This document shows, piece after piece, positions 54,471 to 63,489 of a stretch of 64,000 nt of DNA. Under the pieces are notes generated by a model, which made no database searches, had not been told where the DNA came from, and was given only the letters and a program-made list of their open reading frames with translations. Position 1 is the stretch's first letter. Each line of letters begins with the position of its first letter. A program made the translations under genes and the position numbers. Origin of the DNA: Oscillospiraceae bacterium (lineage in GTDB: Bacteria; Bacillota; Clostridia; Christensenellales; Aristaeellaceae); assembly GCA_031280145.1 (NCBI GenBank), contig JAITHB010000033.1, forward strand, positions 24,817-88,816. The letters are read 5' to 3'.

Positions 54471-54656
54471 CTACCAGCTCGCCTTGCGAACACCCGGTAT
54501 CTGCCCCGCGTACGCCAGATTCCTGAAGCAAATCCTGCAAATGCCATACTTGCGAAGAACGGCGTGAGGACGTCCGCAAATCTTGCAGCGTGTATACGCG
54601 CGGGTGGAGAACTTGGGTGTGCGCTGGCACTTTAGGATCATGCTGGTCTTTGCCAT
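54471..54656 (-). CDS. rpsN: 30S ribosomal protein S14, type Z (zinc-binding, 61 aa)
   Basis: [22 protein letters not shown], two CxxC pairs. Confidence 0.96.
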   Translation of the reverse strand: MAKTSMILKCQRTPKFSTRAYTRCKICGRPHAVLRKYGICRICFRNLAYAGQIPGVRKASW

Positions 54657-54683
54657 CTTATTCTTTCCTCCCGATTCCCCGAA

Positions 54684-55229
54684 TCAACCTTGAGCGAACG
54701 GCATACCAAGAAGCCTCAAGAGTTCTTTCGCTTCTTCGTCCGTCTTGGCTGTCGTCACAAAGATCATTTCCATACCGCGGATCTTGTCTACCTTATCATA
54801 CTCGATTTCAGGGAAAATCAACTGTTCTTTTATGCCGAGCGCATAGTTGCCGCGTCCGTCAAAAGCGGAAGCCGAAACGCCGCGGAAGTCGCGAACCCGC
54901 GGAAGCGCGACGCTTACGAGCTTATCGACAAAGAAGAACATGCGCTGCGCCCTAAGCGTCACCTTCGCGCCTATGTTCATTCCCGCGCGAACCTTAAAGT
55001 TCGCTATGGACTTGCGCGCTTTCGTTACCAGCGGCTTCTGGCCCGCTATCGTCGCGAGATCCGCAACCGCGGCTTCCAAAGCCTTGCTGTTGTCCTTAGC
55101 GTCGCCCAAACCCATATTGATTATGACCTTCTCAAGGCGCGGCACTTGGTTTATGTTCTTATATCCGAACTTCTGCTGAAGCGCGGGGACAATCTCTTTT
55201 ACGTACTTTTCCTTAAGCCTTGTCGCCAT
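54684..55229 (-). CDS. rplE: 50S ribosomal protein L5
   Basis: 181 aa with RLKEKY...[14 protein letters not shown] and DFRG. Confidence 0.97.
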   Translation of the reverse strand: MATRLKEKYVKEIVPALQQKFGYKNINQVPRLEKVIINMGLGDAKDNSKALEAAVADLATIAGQKPLVTKARKSIANFKVRAGMNIGAKVTLRAQRMFFFVDKLVSVALPRVRDFRGVSASAFDGRGNYALGIKEQLIFPEIEYDKVDKIRGMEMIFVTTAKTDEEAKELLRLLGMPFAQG

Positions 55230-55248
55230 TATTACGTCCTCCCGCTCC

Positions 55249-55575
55249 TTACGAATCTATAACCGCGCCGCACTTCTTGCACAGACGAGCGCGCGAGCCG
55301 TCTTCGCTCACCGTGTGAGCATTGCGCGTAGCCTTGCCGCATTGCGGGCAGACGAGAAGCACATTTGATACCGCTATCGGCGCTTCCTTGGTGAACTTTC
55401 CGCCGGGCATTCCCTGCCCGCGAGGCTTCTGATGCTTCGTTACAAGCGCGACGCCTTCAACTATGACGCGATTCGATTTGGGTAACGCGCGGATAATTTT
55501 ACCCTGCTTGCCCGCGCCTTCGCCCGCGATTACCACAACCGTATCGTCCTTTTTAACATGGAGCTTATTTACCAT
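55249..55575 (-). CDS. rplX: 50S ribosomal protein L24 (with C-terminal CxxC...CxxC ribbon)
   Basis: 108 aa with [24 protein letters not shown] and tail CPQCGKATR...CKKCG. Confidence 0.96.
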   Translation of the reverse strand: MVNKLHVKKDDTVVVIAGEGAGKQGKIIRALPKSNRVIVEGVALVTKHQKPRGQGMPGGKFTKEAPIAVSNVLLVCPQCGKATRNAHTVSEDGSRARLCKKCGAVIDS

Positions 55576-55596
55576 CTGTTATTTACTCCTTTAGCC

Positions 55597-55965
55597 TTAC
55601 AGCACTTCAGGCGCAAGCGAGACGATCTTCATATAGTCCTTCTCGCGCAATTCTCTTGCGACCGGCCCGAAGATACGCGTTCCGCGCGGCTGCTTATCTG
55701 CTCCGATAATGACTGCGGCGTTGTCATCAAACTTTATGTAGCTGCCGTCGACACGCCTTCTGTTCTTCGTCACGCGCACGATAACCGCCTTGACTACGTC
55801 GCCCTTCTTCACAACGCCGCCGGGCGTTGCGGCCTTAACGCTGGCGACAATCACGTCGCCTATCGAGCCGTCGCGTCTGAAGCTTCCGCCCAAAACACGA
55901 ATGCACATTATCTCTTTCGCGCCGGTATTGTCTGCCACTTTGAGGCGCGTCTGTGGTTGGATCAT
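55597..55965 (-). CDS. rplN: 50S ribosomal protein L14
   Basis: 122 aa with [27 protein letters not shown]. Confidence 0.97.
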   Translation of the reverse strand: MIQPQTRLKVADNTGAKEIMCIRVLGGSFRRDGSIGDVIVASVKAATPGGVVKKGDVVKAVIVRVTKNRRRVDGSYIKFDDNAAVIIGADKQPRGTRIFGPVARELREKDYMKIVSLAPEVL

Positions 55966-56040
55966 ACGAAAATCCTCCTCGTTCTTAAGGCAGCCTATCT
56001 GCCTTTGACCTCAAACCGAGTGTGAAGACAGCCGCAAAGC

Positions 56041-56340
56041 CTATTTAGCCTTCTCCAGTATCTCGACAATACGCCAGCGCTTCTCGCGGGAGAGCGGACG
56101 CGTTTCCATCATCAAAACCTTATCGCCGACATGGCACTCGTTCTTCTCGTCGTGCGCCTTGAACTTATTGGTGCTGCTCATGATCTTTCCGTACAGAGGA
56201 TGTCTCACGCGTGACTGGATGGCGACGACGACCGTCTTATCCATCTTATCGCTGACGACGACGCCGACGCGCGTCTTGCGAAGTCCTCGTTCAACAGTTG
56301 CAACCGAAGCTTGCGCGTTTTCCTTTATGACTTCCGACAT
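56041..56340 (-). CDS. rpsQ: 30S ribosomal protein S17 (N-terminally extended)
   Basis: [19 protein letters not shown]...HPLYGK...KFKAHDE...GD.V...ETRPLS..KRW. ATG 56340 has GGAGGAG 9 nt upstream. ATG 56358, 3 nt after the rpmC stop, is the alternative start. Confidence 0.93.
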   Translation of the reverse strand: MSEVIKENAQASVATVERGLRKTRVGVVVSDKMDKTVVVAIQSRVRHPLYGKIMSSTNKFKAHDEKNECHVGDKVLMMETRPLSREKRWRIVEILEKAK

Positions 56341-56361
56341 CGAGTTTCTCTCCTCCATACG

Positions 56362-56547
56362 TTACGCACGCTCGCGAAGAATCGTCTTGCAGCGGGCAAT
56401 ATCGCGCTTTACGTTGCTGATTGACATCGTATTGGAAAGCTGTCCTGTAGCGAGCTGGAACCTCAAATTGAATAGTTCGCTCTTGAGTTCCTTCACTTTC
56501 TCAGTCAGCTCTTGCCGGGAGAGATCTTTCAAAGCACTTGCTTTCAT
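56362..56547 (-). CDS. rpmC: 50S ribosomal protein L29
   Basis: 61 aa with [20 protein letters not shown]. Confidence 0.95.
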   Translation of the reverse strand: MKASALKDLSRQELTEKVKELKSELFNLRFQLATGQLSNTMSISNVKRDIARCKTILRERA

Positions 56548-56993
56548 TCTGCCTCAACCTCGCCTTCTCCCTGTTCCGGCTGAGCCTTTGCGCTGCCGAT
56601 TATCTTGCACTTTATCGGAAGCTTGTGCGCCGCAAGCCTTAAAGCTTCTCTCGCATCCGCTTCCGGCACGCCCGCTATTTCAAACAGCACACGATCCGGC
56701 TTGACTACGGCCACCCAATACTCAGGGGAACCCTTTCCGGAACCCATTCGCGTTTCAGCGGGTTTTTCCGTTACGGGCTTATCGGGAAAAATCTTAATCC
56801 AAACCTGACCGCCGCGCTTTGTATATCTGGTCAGCGCGACACGGGCGGCTTCAATCTGATTGCTCGTTATCCAAGAAGGCTCGCACGCCTGCAAACCCCA
56901 TTCGCCGTTCGAGACGAAGTTGCCGCGATGCGCCTTGCCCTTCATTCTTCCGCGGAACACCTTGCGGCGTTTGACGCGCTTAGGCATTAACAT
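56544..56993 (-). CDS. rplP: 50S ribosomal protein L16
   Basis: Start set to ATG 56993 ([11 protein letters not shown]; GGAAGGAGG 8 nt upstream); the track start is 57014. Confidence 0.96.
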   Translation of the reverse strand: MLMPKRVKRRKVFRGRMKGKAHRGNFVSNGEWGLQACEPSWITSNQIEAARVALTRYTKRGGQVWIKIFPDKPVTEKPAETRMGSGKGSPEYWVAVVKPDRVLFEIAGVPEADAREALRLAAHKLPIKCKIIGSAKAQPEQGEGEVEAE

Positions 56994-57666
56994 TGATTGC
57001 GCCTCCTTCCGCACGTGCCGCAGGCTTCTTTTTGGGAGCCGGCAGAATCTGACCTTTATATATCCAAACCTTCACGCCAAGCCTTCCGTAAGTCGTCTTG
57101 GCTTCCGCGAAACCGTAGTCGATGTTCGCGCGAAGCGTCTGAAGAGGAATGGAGCCTTCGTGATAACGCTCCGTACGCGCTATATCGGCTCCGCCCAAAC
57201 GACCCGCGACGGCAGCCTTTATTCCCTTCGCGCCGCTCTTCATCGTGCGCCCGATGCTCTGCTTGATGGCTCTGCGGAACGATATGCGCTTTTCAAGCTG
57301 CTGCGCGATGTTCTCCGCCACAAGCTGCGCGTCCATATCGGGCGTCTTGATTTCCATGATGTTCAAGGAAACAACGCGGCCCGTGAACGCTTCGATATCC
57401 TTCTTGAGCTGCTCTACGCCCGCGCCGCCGCGTCCGATTACGACGCCGGGCTTCGCGGTGAACAGATTCACGGTCACGCGGTTTGCGCTGCGCTCGATAT
57501 CGATGTGCGAGATTCCCGCGTGGAAGAGTCTCTTTTTCAGCATCACGCGAAGCTTATAGTCAGCTATCAACTGATCGGAGAAATTCTTCTTACCGGCGTA
57601 CCAGCGGGTGCTCCAGTCAAGTATGACACCAACTCTCGCTCCGTGCGGATTAACCTTTTGTCCCAT
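56980..57666 (-). CDS. rpsC: 30S ribosomal protein S3
   Basis: 228 aa with [10 protein letters not shown] and a KH domain. Confidence 0.97.
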   Translation of the reverse strand: MGQKVNPHGARVGVILDWSTRWYAGKKNFSDQLIADYKLRVMLKKRLFHAGISHIDIERSANRVTVNLFTAKPGVVIGRGGAGVEQLKKDIEAFTGRVVSLNIMEIKTPDMDAQLVAENIAQQLEKRISFRRAIKQSIGRTMKSGAKGIKAAVAGRLGGADIARTERYHEGSIPLQTLRANIDYGFAEAKTTYGRLGVKVWIYKGQILPAPKKKPAARAEGGAINVNA

Positions 57667-58114
57667 CTGAACGCCTCCTTCCGGTATATTCCTTCTCGAC
57701 CTTGCGTCCGACGACCACTCCGATATGACTCGTGCGCTTGAGTATCGGAGAAGCGCTTCCGCGCGACCTCGCGACGAATCTCTTAAGCGTCGGACCGGAG
57801 TTTGCGTATGCTTCCAAAACCACTAACTCATCCAACGCCAAACCGAAGTTGTTTTCGGCGTTCGCGATGGCGGAATTCAGAACCTTAAGCAAATACGGCG
57901 AGGCAGCCTTCGGGGTGAACTGCAGGATTGCCTGCGCCTGCGCCGCCGACTTTCCTCTTATAAGATCCGCGACGATGCGGACCTTGCTCGGTGAAATGCG
58001 TATGTATCGCGCAATCGCGAACGCAGATGAGGCAGTCGCTTCCGCAGAAGGCGTCGCTGCCCGGCGTCTGTTCACAAGGCGCGAAAGTCTTGATTCACGC
58101 GGTGCATCAGCCAT
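57650..58114 (-). CDS. rplV: 50S ribosomal protein L22 (with N- and C-terminal extensions)
   Basis: Start set to ATG 58114 (AAGGAAGG upstream, 20 nt after the rpsS stop); the track ORF extends to 58210 into rpsS. Core is [21 protein letters not shown]...A..IL.F..K. Confidence 0.94.
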   Translation of the reverse strand: MADAPRESRLSRLVNRRRAATPSAEATASSAFAIARYIRISPSKVRIVADLIRGKSAAQAQAILQFTPKAASPYLLKVLNSAIANAENNFGLALDELVVLEAYANSGPTLKRFVARSRGSASPILKRTSHIGVVVGRKVEKEYTGRRRSDGTKG

Positions 58115-58133
58115 TAGCTCAAACCTTCCTTTC

Positions 58134-58409
58134 TTACTTCCTCGTAGTCTTTTCGCCCGCGTGACCGCGGAAGGTGCGCGTTGGGGCGAACTCGCCGAAC
58201 TTATGCCCAACCATCTCTTCAGTCACGTAAACCGGAACGTGTTTTCTGCCGTCGTGAACCGCAACCGTATGTCCGACAAAGTCAGGGAATATCGTGGACG
58301 CGCGTGACCATGTCTTAATAACTGCTTTCTTACCCGCGTTGTTTAGGTCGACTACCTTCTTCAAAAGCGACTCGCTGATAAACGGTCCCTTCTTAACTGA
58401 TCGTGACAA
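58134..58409 (-). CDS. rpsS: 30S ribosomal protein S19
   Basis: 91 aa with SRSVKKGPF and [17 protein letters not shown]. Confidence 0.97.
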   Translation of the reverse strand: MSRSVKKGPFISESLLKKVVDLNNAGKKAVIKTWSRASTIFPDFVGHTVAVHDGRKHVPVYVTEEMVGHKFGEFAPTRTFRGHAGEKTTRK

Positions 58410-58437
58410 TTGATCTTCCTCCCGTCTGTCAGGGCTT

Positions 58438-59274
58438 TTAGCGCTTCTTGCTCGCGCGTTTTACTATCATATCGTTGCTGTATTTCTTATGCTTGCGTGT
58501 CTTAAGTCCCAGCGCGGGTTTGCCCCACGGCGTAACGGGAGCCGGCATTCCGACTGGCGACTTTCCTTCGCCGCCGCCGTGCGGGTGGTCGCACGGGTTC
58601 ATGACGACGCCGCGGACGGTCGGGCGAACGCCCATGTGGCGCGTACGTCCCGCTTTGCCGATGCGCACGTTCTCATGGTCGGAGTTCCCGACGACGCCGA
58701 TCGTCGCCTTCGCGCCTATCGGTATCTTGCGCATTTCCGCGGACGGAAGGCGAACTGTCGCGTATATGCCTTCCTTCGCCATAAGCTGCGCGGAAAGACC
58801 CGCCGAGCGAACAAGCTGACCGCCGCGTCCCGGCTTGAGCTCCAGATTGTGGATAAGCGTTCCGACAGGAATGCTTGAAAGCAAAAGAGCATTGCCGGGC
58901 TTGATGTCCGCCGTCTCTCCCGAAACAACCGTGTCGCCGACCGAAAGCCCCTGCGGCGCGAGAATGTATCTCTTCTCGCCGTCCGCGTAAAACAGAAGCG
59001 CGATGAACGCGGAACGGTTCGGATCGTATTCTATTGCGCTGACCTTCGCGGGGATGCCGTCCTTGTCGCGCTTGAAATCGATTATGCGATACTTTACTTT
59101 GTTTCCGCCGCCCTTGTGGCGAACGGTTATCTTGCCCTGATTGTTGCGCCCCGAATTCTTCTTCAGATATTCGGTAAGCCCACGTTCAGGCTCCTTCTTT
59201 GTAACCTCTTCGTAAGTCAGAACCGACATGAAGCGGCGCGCTGAGGAAGTCGGCTTATAGAGTCTGATTGCCAT
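58438..59274 (-). CDS. rplB: 50S ribosomal protein L2
   Basis: 278 aa with GRNN.G.IT.RH.GGG.K and [15 protein letters not shown]. Confidence 0.97.
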   Translation of the reverse strand: MAIRLYKPTSSARRFMSVLTYEEVTKKEPERGLTEYLKKNSGRNNQGKITVRHKGGGNKVKYRIIDFKRDKDGIPAKVSAIEYDPNRSAFIALLFYADGEKRYILAPQGLSVGDTVVSGETADIKPGNALLLSSIPVGTLIHNLELKPGRGGQLVRSAGLSAQLMAKEGIYATVRLPSAEMRKIPIGAKATIGVVGNSDHENVRIGKAGRTRHMGVRPTVRGVVMNPCDHPHGGGEGKSPVGMPAPVTPWGKPALGLKTRKHKKYSNDMIVKRASKKR

Positions 59275-59289
59275 TTAGTCTCCTCCTCC

Positions 59290-59601
59290 TTACTGCGCCA
59301 TTCCGTCGAAGAACTCAATCGTCTTCGATTCCGGCTTGAGCGTTATGTACGCCTTCTTGACTTCAGGCGTTCTGCCTGAATACTTGCCCTGACGCTTAAT
59401 CTTGCCGAGCGTGCGGGTGGTGTTCACCTTCGCTATCTGTATGGGGAAGATTGCTTCCAAGGCTTGCTTTATCTCTATCTTGTTCGCGGTCTTTTCGACT
59501 TCAAACGTATAACGCTTATCAGGCAGCCCGTCGTATGCCTTTTCGGACAGAACGGGGCGCAGAATCACGTCGTGCGGGTCCTTGCCGGATTGAATTTTCA
59601 T
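59290..59601 (-). CDS. rplW: 50S ribosomal protein L23
   Basis: 103 aa with DVILRPVLSEKA and YTFEV...ANK.EIKQA.E. Confidence 0.95.
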   Translation of the reverse strand: MKIQSGKDPHDVILRPVLSEKAYDGLPDKRYTFEVEKTANKIEIKQALEAIFPIQIAKVNTTRTLGKIKRQGKYSGRTPEVKKAYITLKPESKTIEFFDGMAQ

Positions 59602-60224
59602 GAGGCGAAAACCTCCTCAGCGCGCTTGACCGCGTCCTGCGTGATGATGAACTGATCATGCGCCAGAATATCATAAACGTTAAGCGACCCGATGTGGGAA
59701 AGCGTCACGTTCTCAATGTTGCGGGATGCGCGAAGCAGGAGCGAATCGGGTGTGTCCGTAACCAGAAGAGCCTTGCGCGGGCTTCCCAAGTTCTTTAGGA
59801 TTTCCGCGACGCGGCGCGTCTTAGGTTCCGTTATCGAAAGATTGTCGAGAACGATTATTTCCTTTGCCTCGTATTTGCTGGTGAGCGCGCTGCGAAGAGC
59901 CAAACGGCGAATCTTCCGGGGCACCGCCACAACAAAATCGCGCGGCTTCGGGGCGAACACGACACCGCCGTGGCGGAACTGCGGCGCGCGGTTGCCGTGA
60001 TGGCGAGCGTTGCCCGTTCCCTTCTGGCGATATATCTTTCTGCCGCCGCCGCGCACTTCCGTGCGTGTGAGAGCGGACTTTGTGCCTTGACGCTTGTTCG
60101 CGCGGATTGAGCGGACGACCAAATGCATGGCGGGGACGTTTATCTCCGCCGCAAACAGCTCATCCGGCAGCTCAAACTCGCCGACCGTCGCGCCTTGCGT
60201 ATTAAGAAGAGGTACTATCGGCAT
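59598..60224 (-). CDS. rplD: 50S ribosomal protein L4
   Basis: 208 aa with RQGT.SALTR.EVRGGGRK.YRQKGTG.AR.G. Confidence 0.97.
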   Translation of the reverse strand: MPIVPLLNTQGATVGEFELPDELFAAEINVPAMHLVVRSIRANKRQGTKSALTRTEVRGGGRKIYRQKGTGNARHHGNRAPQFRHGGVVFAPKPRDFVVAVPRKIRRLALRSALTSKYEAKEIIVLDNLSITEPKTRRVAEILKNLGSPRKALLVTDTPDSLLLRASRNIENVTLSHIGSLNVYDILAHDQFIITQDAVKRAEEVFAS

Positions 60225-60290
60225 TCAAAAAAACCTCCATTTTAGAAACTGTCCCAAACATTCCCTGAACTTTTCCAGCCTGAACGCTGA

Positions 60291-60971
60291 TTATCCTTTA
60301 ACCGTGTTGCGAATCATGAGCGTTCCGCCGTTCGGACCCGGAACAGCTCCGCGAACCAAAAGAAGGTTGCGCTCCGCATCCACGCGTATCACCGTAAGAT
60401 TCTGAATGGTGACCTTCTCGACGCCCAAGTGACCCGGCATGTGCTTATTTTTAAACACGCGCGAAGGGTCGGAGTTTGCGCTCATCGAGCCGACGCCGCG
60501 GTGGTACTTGCTGCCGTGCGCCATAGGCCCCGTATGCTGATTCCATCTGTAGATGGCGCCCGCAAAGCCCTTGCCCTTGGTGAGACCCGTAATATCAATC
60601 TTGTCGCCCGCCGCGAACACGTCCGCCTTGATAACGTCGCCTACGTTCAACGCGTCGGAATCAACCAGACGAAGCTCGCGAAGCCTCCGCATAGCGCCTA
60701 CGTTCGCCTTCTTGAAGTGTCCGAGAAGCGGCTTTCTTACGAGCTTCTTGACGCGGCGTTCGGGGAACGCGTCAAACCCGACCTGAAGAGCGGCGTAGCC
60801 GTCCGTCTTGACGGTCTTCTTCTGAACGACGGTGCACGGACCCGCTTCGATAACCGTTACGGGAATCAAGTGACCGTTTTCCGCGAAGACCTGCGTCATG
60901 CAGATTTTCTTGCCTACGATGGCTTTCGTCGGAAGTATCTTGTGCGGGTTTGTCGCAATCGCGCTTTTCAT
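60291..60971 (-). CDS. rplC: 50S ribosomal protein L3
   Basis: Start set to ATG 60971 (GGGAGGAAG upstream, after the rpsJ stop); the track start is 61010. [10 protein letters not shown] and [20 protein letters not shown]. Confidence 0.96.
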   Translation of the reverse strand: MKSAIATNPHKILPTKAIVGKKICMTQVFAENGHLIPVTVIEAGPCTVVQKKTVKTDGYAALQVGFDAFPERRVKKLVRKPLLGHFKKANVGAMRRLRELRLVDSDALNVGDVIKADVFAAGDKIDITGLTKGKGFAGAIYRWNQHTGPMAHGSKYHRGVGSMSANSDPSRVFKNKHMPGHLGVEKVTIQNLTVIRVDAERNLLLVRGAVPGPNGGTLMIRNTVKG

Positions 60972-60987
60972 ATATGCTTCCTCCCGC

Positions 60988-61296
60988 TTACAGCTTAATC
61001 TCAATTTCAACGCCCGCCGGCAGATCGAGCTTGGTGAGAGCGTCTACCGTTCTTGGCGATGGCATGAGTATATCAATCAAACGCTTGTGTGTCCTCATCT
61101 CGAACTGCTCGCGCGAATCCTTGTACTTGTGCGGCGAGCGCAGAATCGTGACGATTTCCTTCTCGGTGGGCAGCGGGATGGGCCCTGAAACCCTGGCTCC
61201 CGTGCGCTTGGCGGCTTCGACGATACGCGCCGCCGACTGGTCGATGAGGTTATGCTCGTATGCCTTGAGCTTAATCCTTATCTTCTGGTTTGCCAA
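60988..61296 (-). CDS. rpsJ: 30S ribosomal protein S10
   Basis: Start set to TTG 61296 (AAAGGAGGAAAGAAT upstream), giving (M)[21 protein letters not shown]...; the track ORF extends to 61419. Confidence 0.96.
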   Translation of the reverse strand: MANQKIRIKLKAYEHNLIDQSAARIVEAAKRTGARVSGPIPLPTEKEIVTILRSPHKYKDSREQFEMRTHKRLIDILMPSPRTVDALTKLDLPAGVEIEIKL

Positions 61297-61508
61297 ATTC
61301 TTTCCTCCTTTTATTCGGCGGAACGCCGCGCGGCAAGACGATTGCAATCTTCTCCACGCTTCCGTGCGTGTCGCGGCCGATCCGCTTTCGCCCGATTTTT
61401 CAGGCTCGGTCTGCGGCAATTATCCTTCATTTATGCAACCCGAAGGTAACCTGCCGTGTCATCCCTTGTTTGCATGAAGACATATCTGTCCCTCACGCGA
61501 ACTTTAGT

Positions 61509-61537
61509 ATTATAACCTATCGGAAAACAAAACGCAA
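61509..61537 (-). promoter_or_regulatory. Promoter of the S10 operon (TTGCGT-17 nt-TATAAT), predicting a ~205-nt leader
   Basis: Reverse strand: TTGCGT (61537-61532), 17-nt spacer, TATAAT (61514-61509). Confidence 0.6.
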
Positions 61538-61614
61538 GCGCTTTTTTCAGCTTTTTGCGCTCCGCGCTCAACTTATTTCGCCGCAATAGTTATTAGACTT
61601 GAATAATTATTCCG

Positions 61615-61643
61615 TTGCATAAGTTATCCACGCATGGTATAAT
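61615..61643 (+). promoter_or_regulatory. Promoter (TTGCAT-17 nt-TGgTATAAT) of the J-domain/TPR gene
   Basis: TTGCAT 61615-61620 and TATAAT 61638-61643, preceded by TGG (extended -10). Confidence 0.65.
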
Positions 61644-61683
61644 CGACCATGGAAAACGATTTTATCTTTGTGGAGGACTGTCA

Positions 61684-62199
61684 ATGCCGTCAGCTCACGA
61701 GGTTTTGGGCGTTCCGCAAAACGCGGACGAGACGCAGATTGCGGCCGCGTATCGAAGCCTTGTGAAGAAATGGCATCCCGACGTCGTCGATTCTTCGCTT
61801 AAATCGGAAGCGCAGGACAAAATCGTGGCGATAAACCTCGCTTATAAAGCCGCGATGAGTTCTCTCGCCAACAATACCCAACTCCCCGACCCCATTAAGA
61901 TTGCAAAACAGCTCATAAATAAGAAACAATACGACGCCGCGCTTCGCGTGCTGAGCCACGCGACGGACCGCACCTCCGAATGGTTCTATCTGCAAGGCTT
62001 CCTTCTGATGAAGCGGCATAAACCGGGCGCGGCGCACGACAGCTTCCGCGCCGCAGTGCGCCTTGACCCCGACAATGAATTATACAGAAAGGCCGCGCTG
62101 GAAGCCGCCGTCGAGGCTAAGCGGAGCGAAACCGTGCGCGGCAAAATGTCCGCTTGGGCGAGACTTGTTATGCACCCGCTGCTCAGCCGAAAGGCGTAG
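61684..62199 (+). CDS. Small J-domain protein with TPR-like C-terminal helices
   Basis: 171 aa from ATG 61684 (GGAGGA 6 nt upstream); the track start at 61615 lies inside the promoter. AHEVLGVPQNADETQIAAAYRSLVKKWHPD (HPD motif), then YDAALRVL...GFLLMK..KPG.A...F..AV.LDPDN, which is TPR-like. Confidence 0.75.
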   Translation: MPSAHEVLGVPQNADETQIAAAYRSLVKKWHPDVVDSSLKSEAQDKIVAINLAYKAAMSSLANNTQLPDPIKIAKQLINKKQYDAALRVLSHATDRTSEWFYLQGFLLMKRHKPGAAHDSFRAAVRLDPDNELYRKAALEAAVEAKRSETVRGKMSAWARLVMHPLLSRKA

Positions 62200-62857
62200 T
62201 TTTATGCCCCTTTACGGTTTTGCAATATATTTCGCAGCCCGCGTGAGCATCGCCGCCGATGTCGCCGCAGTCGAGATTGCATCCCGCGTTCGCGTTTTCA
62301 CCGACACTTCCGCATCTCAAGTCGCATCCGGCAGACGCGCTTCCTTCTACATCGCCGCAATGAATATCAGCTCCCGCTTTGACTATGCCGCTTATTGTGC
62401 CGCAGTTTATATCCGCGCCTGCTCTGACCATGCCTTCTATATCTCCGCAGTTCAGGTTGCAGCGGCACTCCACATTCTTCACTTCGCCTTCTATTGTAAA
62501 TGTGTAGCCTGACAGATCCCTCGTCTCGTCAAGCAAGCGATGACCCGAAAACACAACGATACGCAGTTTGTCGTCGTTCTCCCACGGAAGACCGTCTATC
62601 ACCGTTCTTTTAATATTGCTTTCGGCAGCTTGTGAAACGCCGCTCTGCGAAACGCCGAACAGGTCGTCTATCGTAATGCCGTACATCTCCGCCAATTGAA
62701 GAAGAATGCTGATGTCGGGTATAGACTGTCCGCTCTCCCATTTGCTGACTGCTTGGAACGTTACGCCGAGTTTGTCCGCGACCGCGTTCTGCGTAAGACC
62801 GCTCTTCTTGCGCAATGCCAAAATGTTGTCCTTCAGAATAGATGTGTAATCGCTCAT
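62183..62857 (-). CDS. XRE-family HTH regulator fused to a Cys-containing 15-residue repeat domain (beta-helix-like?)
   Basis: 224 aa. N-terminus LRKKSGLTQNAVADKLGVTFQAVSKWESGQSIPD is HTH_3-like. C-terminus has 5-6 repeats of AG-x-[DN]-[IL]-x-CG-x-[IV]-x-G-xxx: AGADINCGTISGIVK, AGADIHCGDVEGSAS, AGCDLRCGSVGENAN, AGCNLDCGDIGGDAH, AGCEIYCKTVKG. Confidence 0.7.
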   Translation of the reverse strand: MSDYTSILKDNILALRKKSGLTQNAVADKLGVTFQAVSKWESGQSIPDISILLQLAEMYGITIDDLFGVSQSGVSQAAESNIKRTVIDGLPWENDDKLRIVVFSGHRLLDETRDLSGYTFTIEGEVKNVECRCNLNCGDIEGMVRAGADINCGTISGIVKAGADIHCGDVEGSASAGCDLRCGSVGENANAGCNLDCGDIGGDAHAGCEIYCKTVKGHKTTPFG

Positions 62858-62945
62858 TGTGTGTCCTCGCTTTCAATTGATGTACACATCGTAGCACGAA
62901 TTTGCGAGAATTTGTATAACGCGCTGATTGATTCAAGGAACGCTT

Positions 62946-62970
62946 GCGGCTCAACCATTGGTTGAGCCGC
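62946..62970. other. Perfect 11-bp hairpin GCGGCTCAACC-ATT-GGTTGAGCCGC between the GyrI-like gene and the XRE gene
   Basis: Read directly from the sequence. No U-tract on either side. Possibly a weak terminator after the GyrI-like gene or a protein-binding palindrome. Confidence 0.5.
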
Positions 62971-62987
62971 TCAGACTTGACGATTGC

Positions 62988-63476
62988 TTAACTGATTTGT
63001 ATGTAATAATCCAAAATAACGTTGCCCGCGTCGTCAGGACCCGTAAACCTCGGGCAGTTGTAGCGCTCAATCTCCCATCCGTCCTGTTTCTTGCGCCATC
63101 CGCGCTTATTCATTTCGGCAAGGCAAGCGTCTTCTTGGCAATAGATTTCGCCGTTCTCCGCGTTTCCGTATATCCAGAACACGGCGGCTTCAAACTCTTC
63201 CGTGTCGATGGATTCAAAGCCTTCGGGGACATTAGCATTCTTATCGAAGAACATGCCTATCCAATACTCGAACTCGCCTTCGTTCATCCGCATTATCGCG
63301 ACATAGTCGAACTCAACCTTCCCGCCTGCTTGCTCCAGCGCGGCGAACCAACCGCGCTGCATGAATTCGCCCCACTTTGCGCCGAAGCTGCCGCCGACTT
63401 TGTCCTCGTCGGTGTAACGTTTTCCGATAAGCCGCCCTGCGGGAACCGTTTCAGTGAATACCTTTTTGATTTCCAT
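62988..63476 (-). CDS. GyrI-like / AraC-effector-binding-type small-molecule-binding domain protein
   Basis: 162 aa from ATG 63476 (GGAG 7 nt upstream; the track GTG is at 63482). Pattern VPAGRLIGKRY...FGAKWGEF...YWIGMF...VPEGFE matches the duplicated beta-alpha-beta-beta GyrI-like fold. Confidence 0.6.
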   Translation of the reverse strand: MEIKKVFTETVPAGRLIGKRYTDEDKVGGSFGAKWGEFMQRGWFAALEQAGGKVEFDYVAIMRMNEGEFEYWIGMFFDKNANVPEGFESIDTEEFEAAVFWIYGNAENGEIYCQEDACLAEMNKRGWRKKQDGWEIERYNCPRFTGPDDAGNVILDYYIQIS

Positions 63477-63489
63477 ATTCACACTCCTT

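Noticed and set aside
60988-61419. Track ORFs giving unusually long S10 (143 aa), L22 (186 aa), L3 (239 aa), L16 (156 aa), ComM (529 aa), Uma2 (241 aa), VOC (141 aa) and J/TPR (194 aa) proteins
   Set aside because: The extra N-terminal residues are Arg-rich read-through of upstream genes, leaders or promoters. Internal start codons with good SD sequences give the canonical conserved N-termini, so the extensions are artefacts of longest-ORF calling. The track also renders TTG/GTG starts as M.
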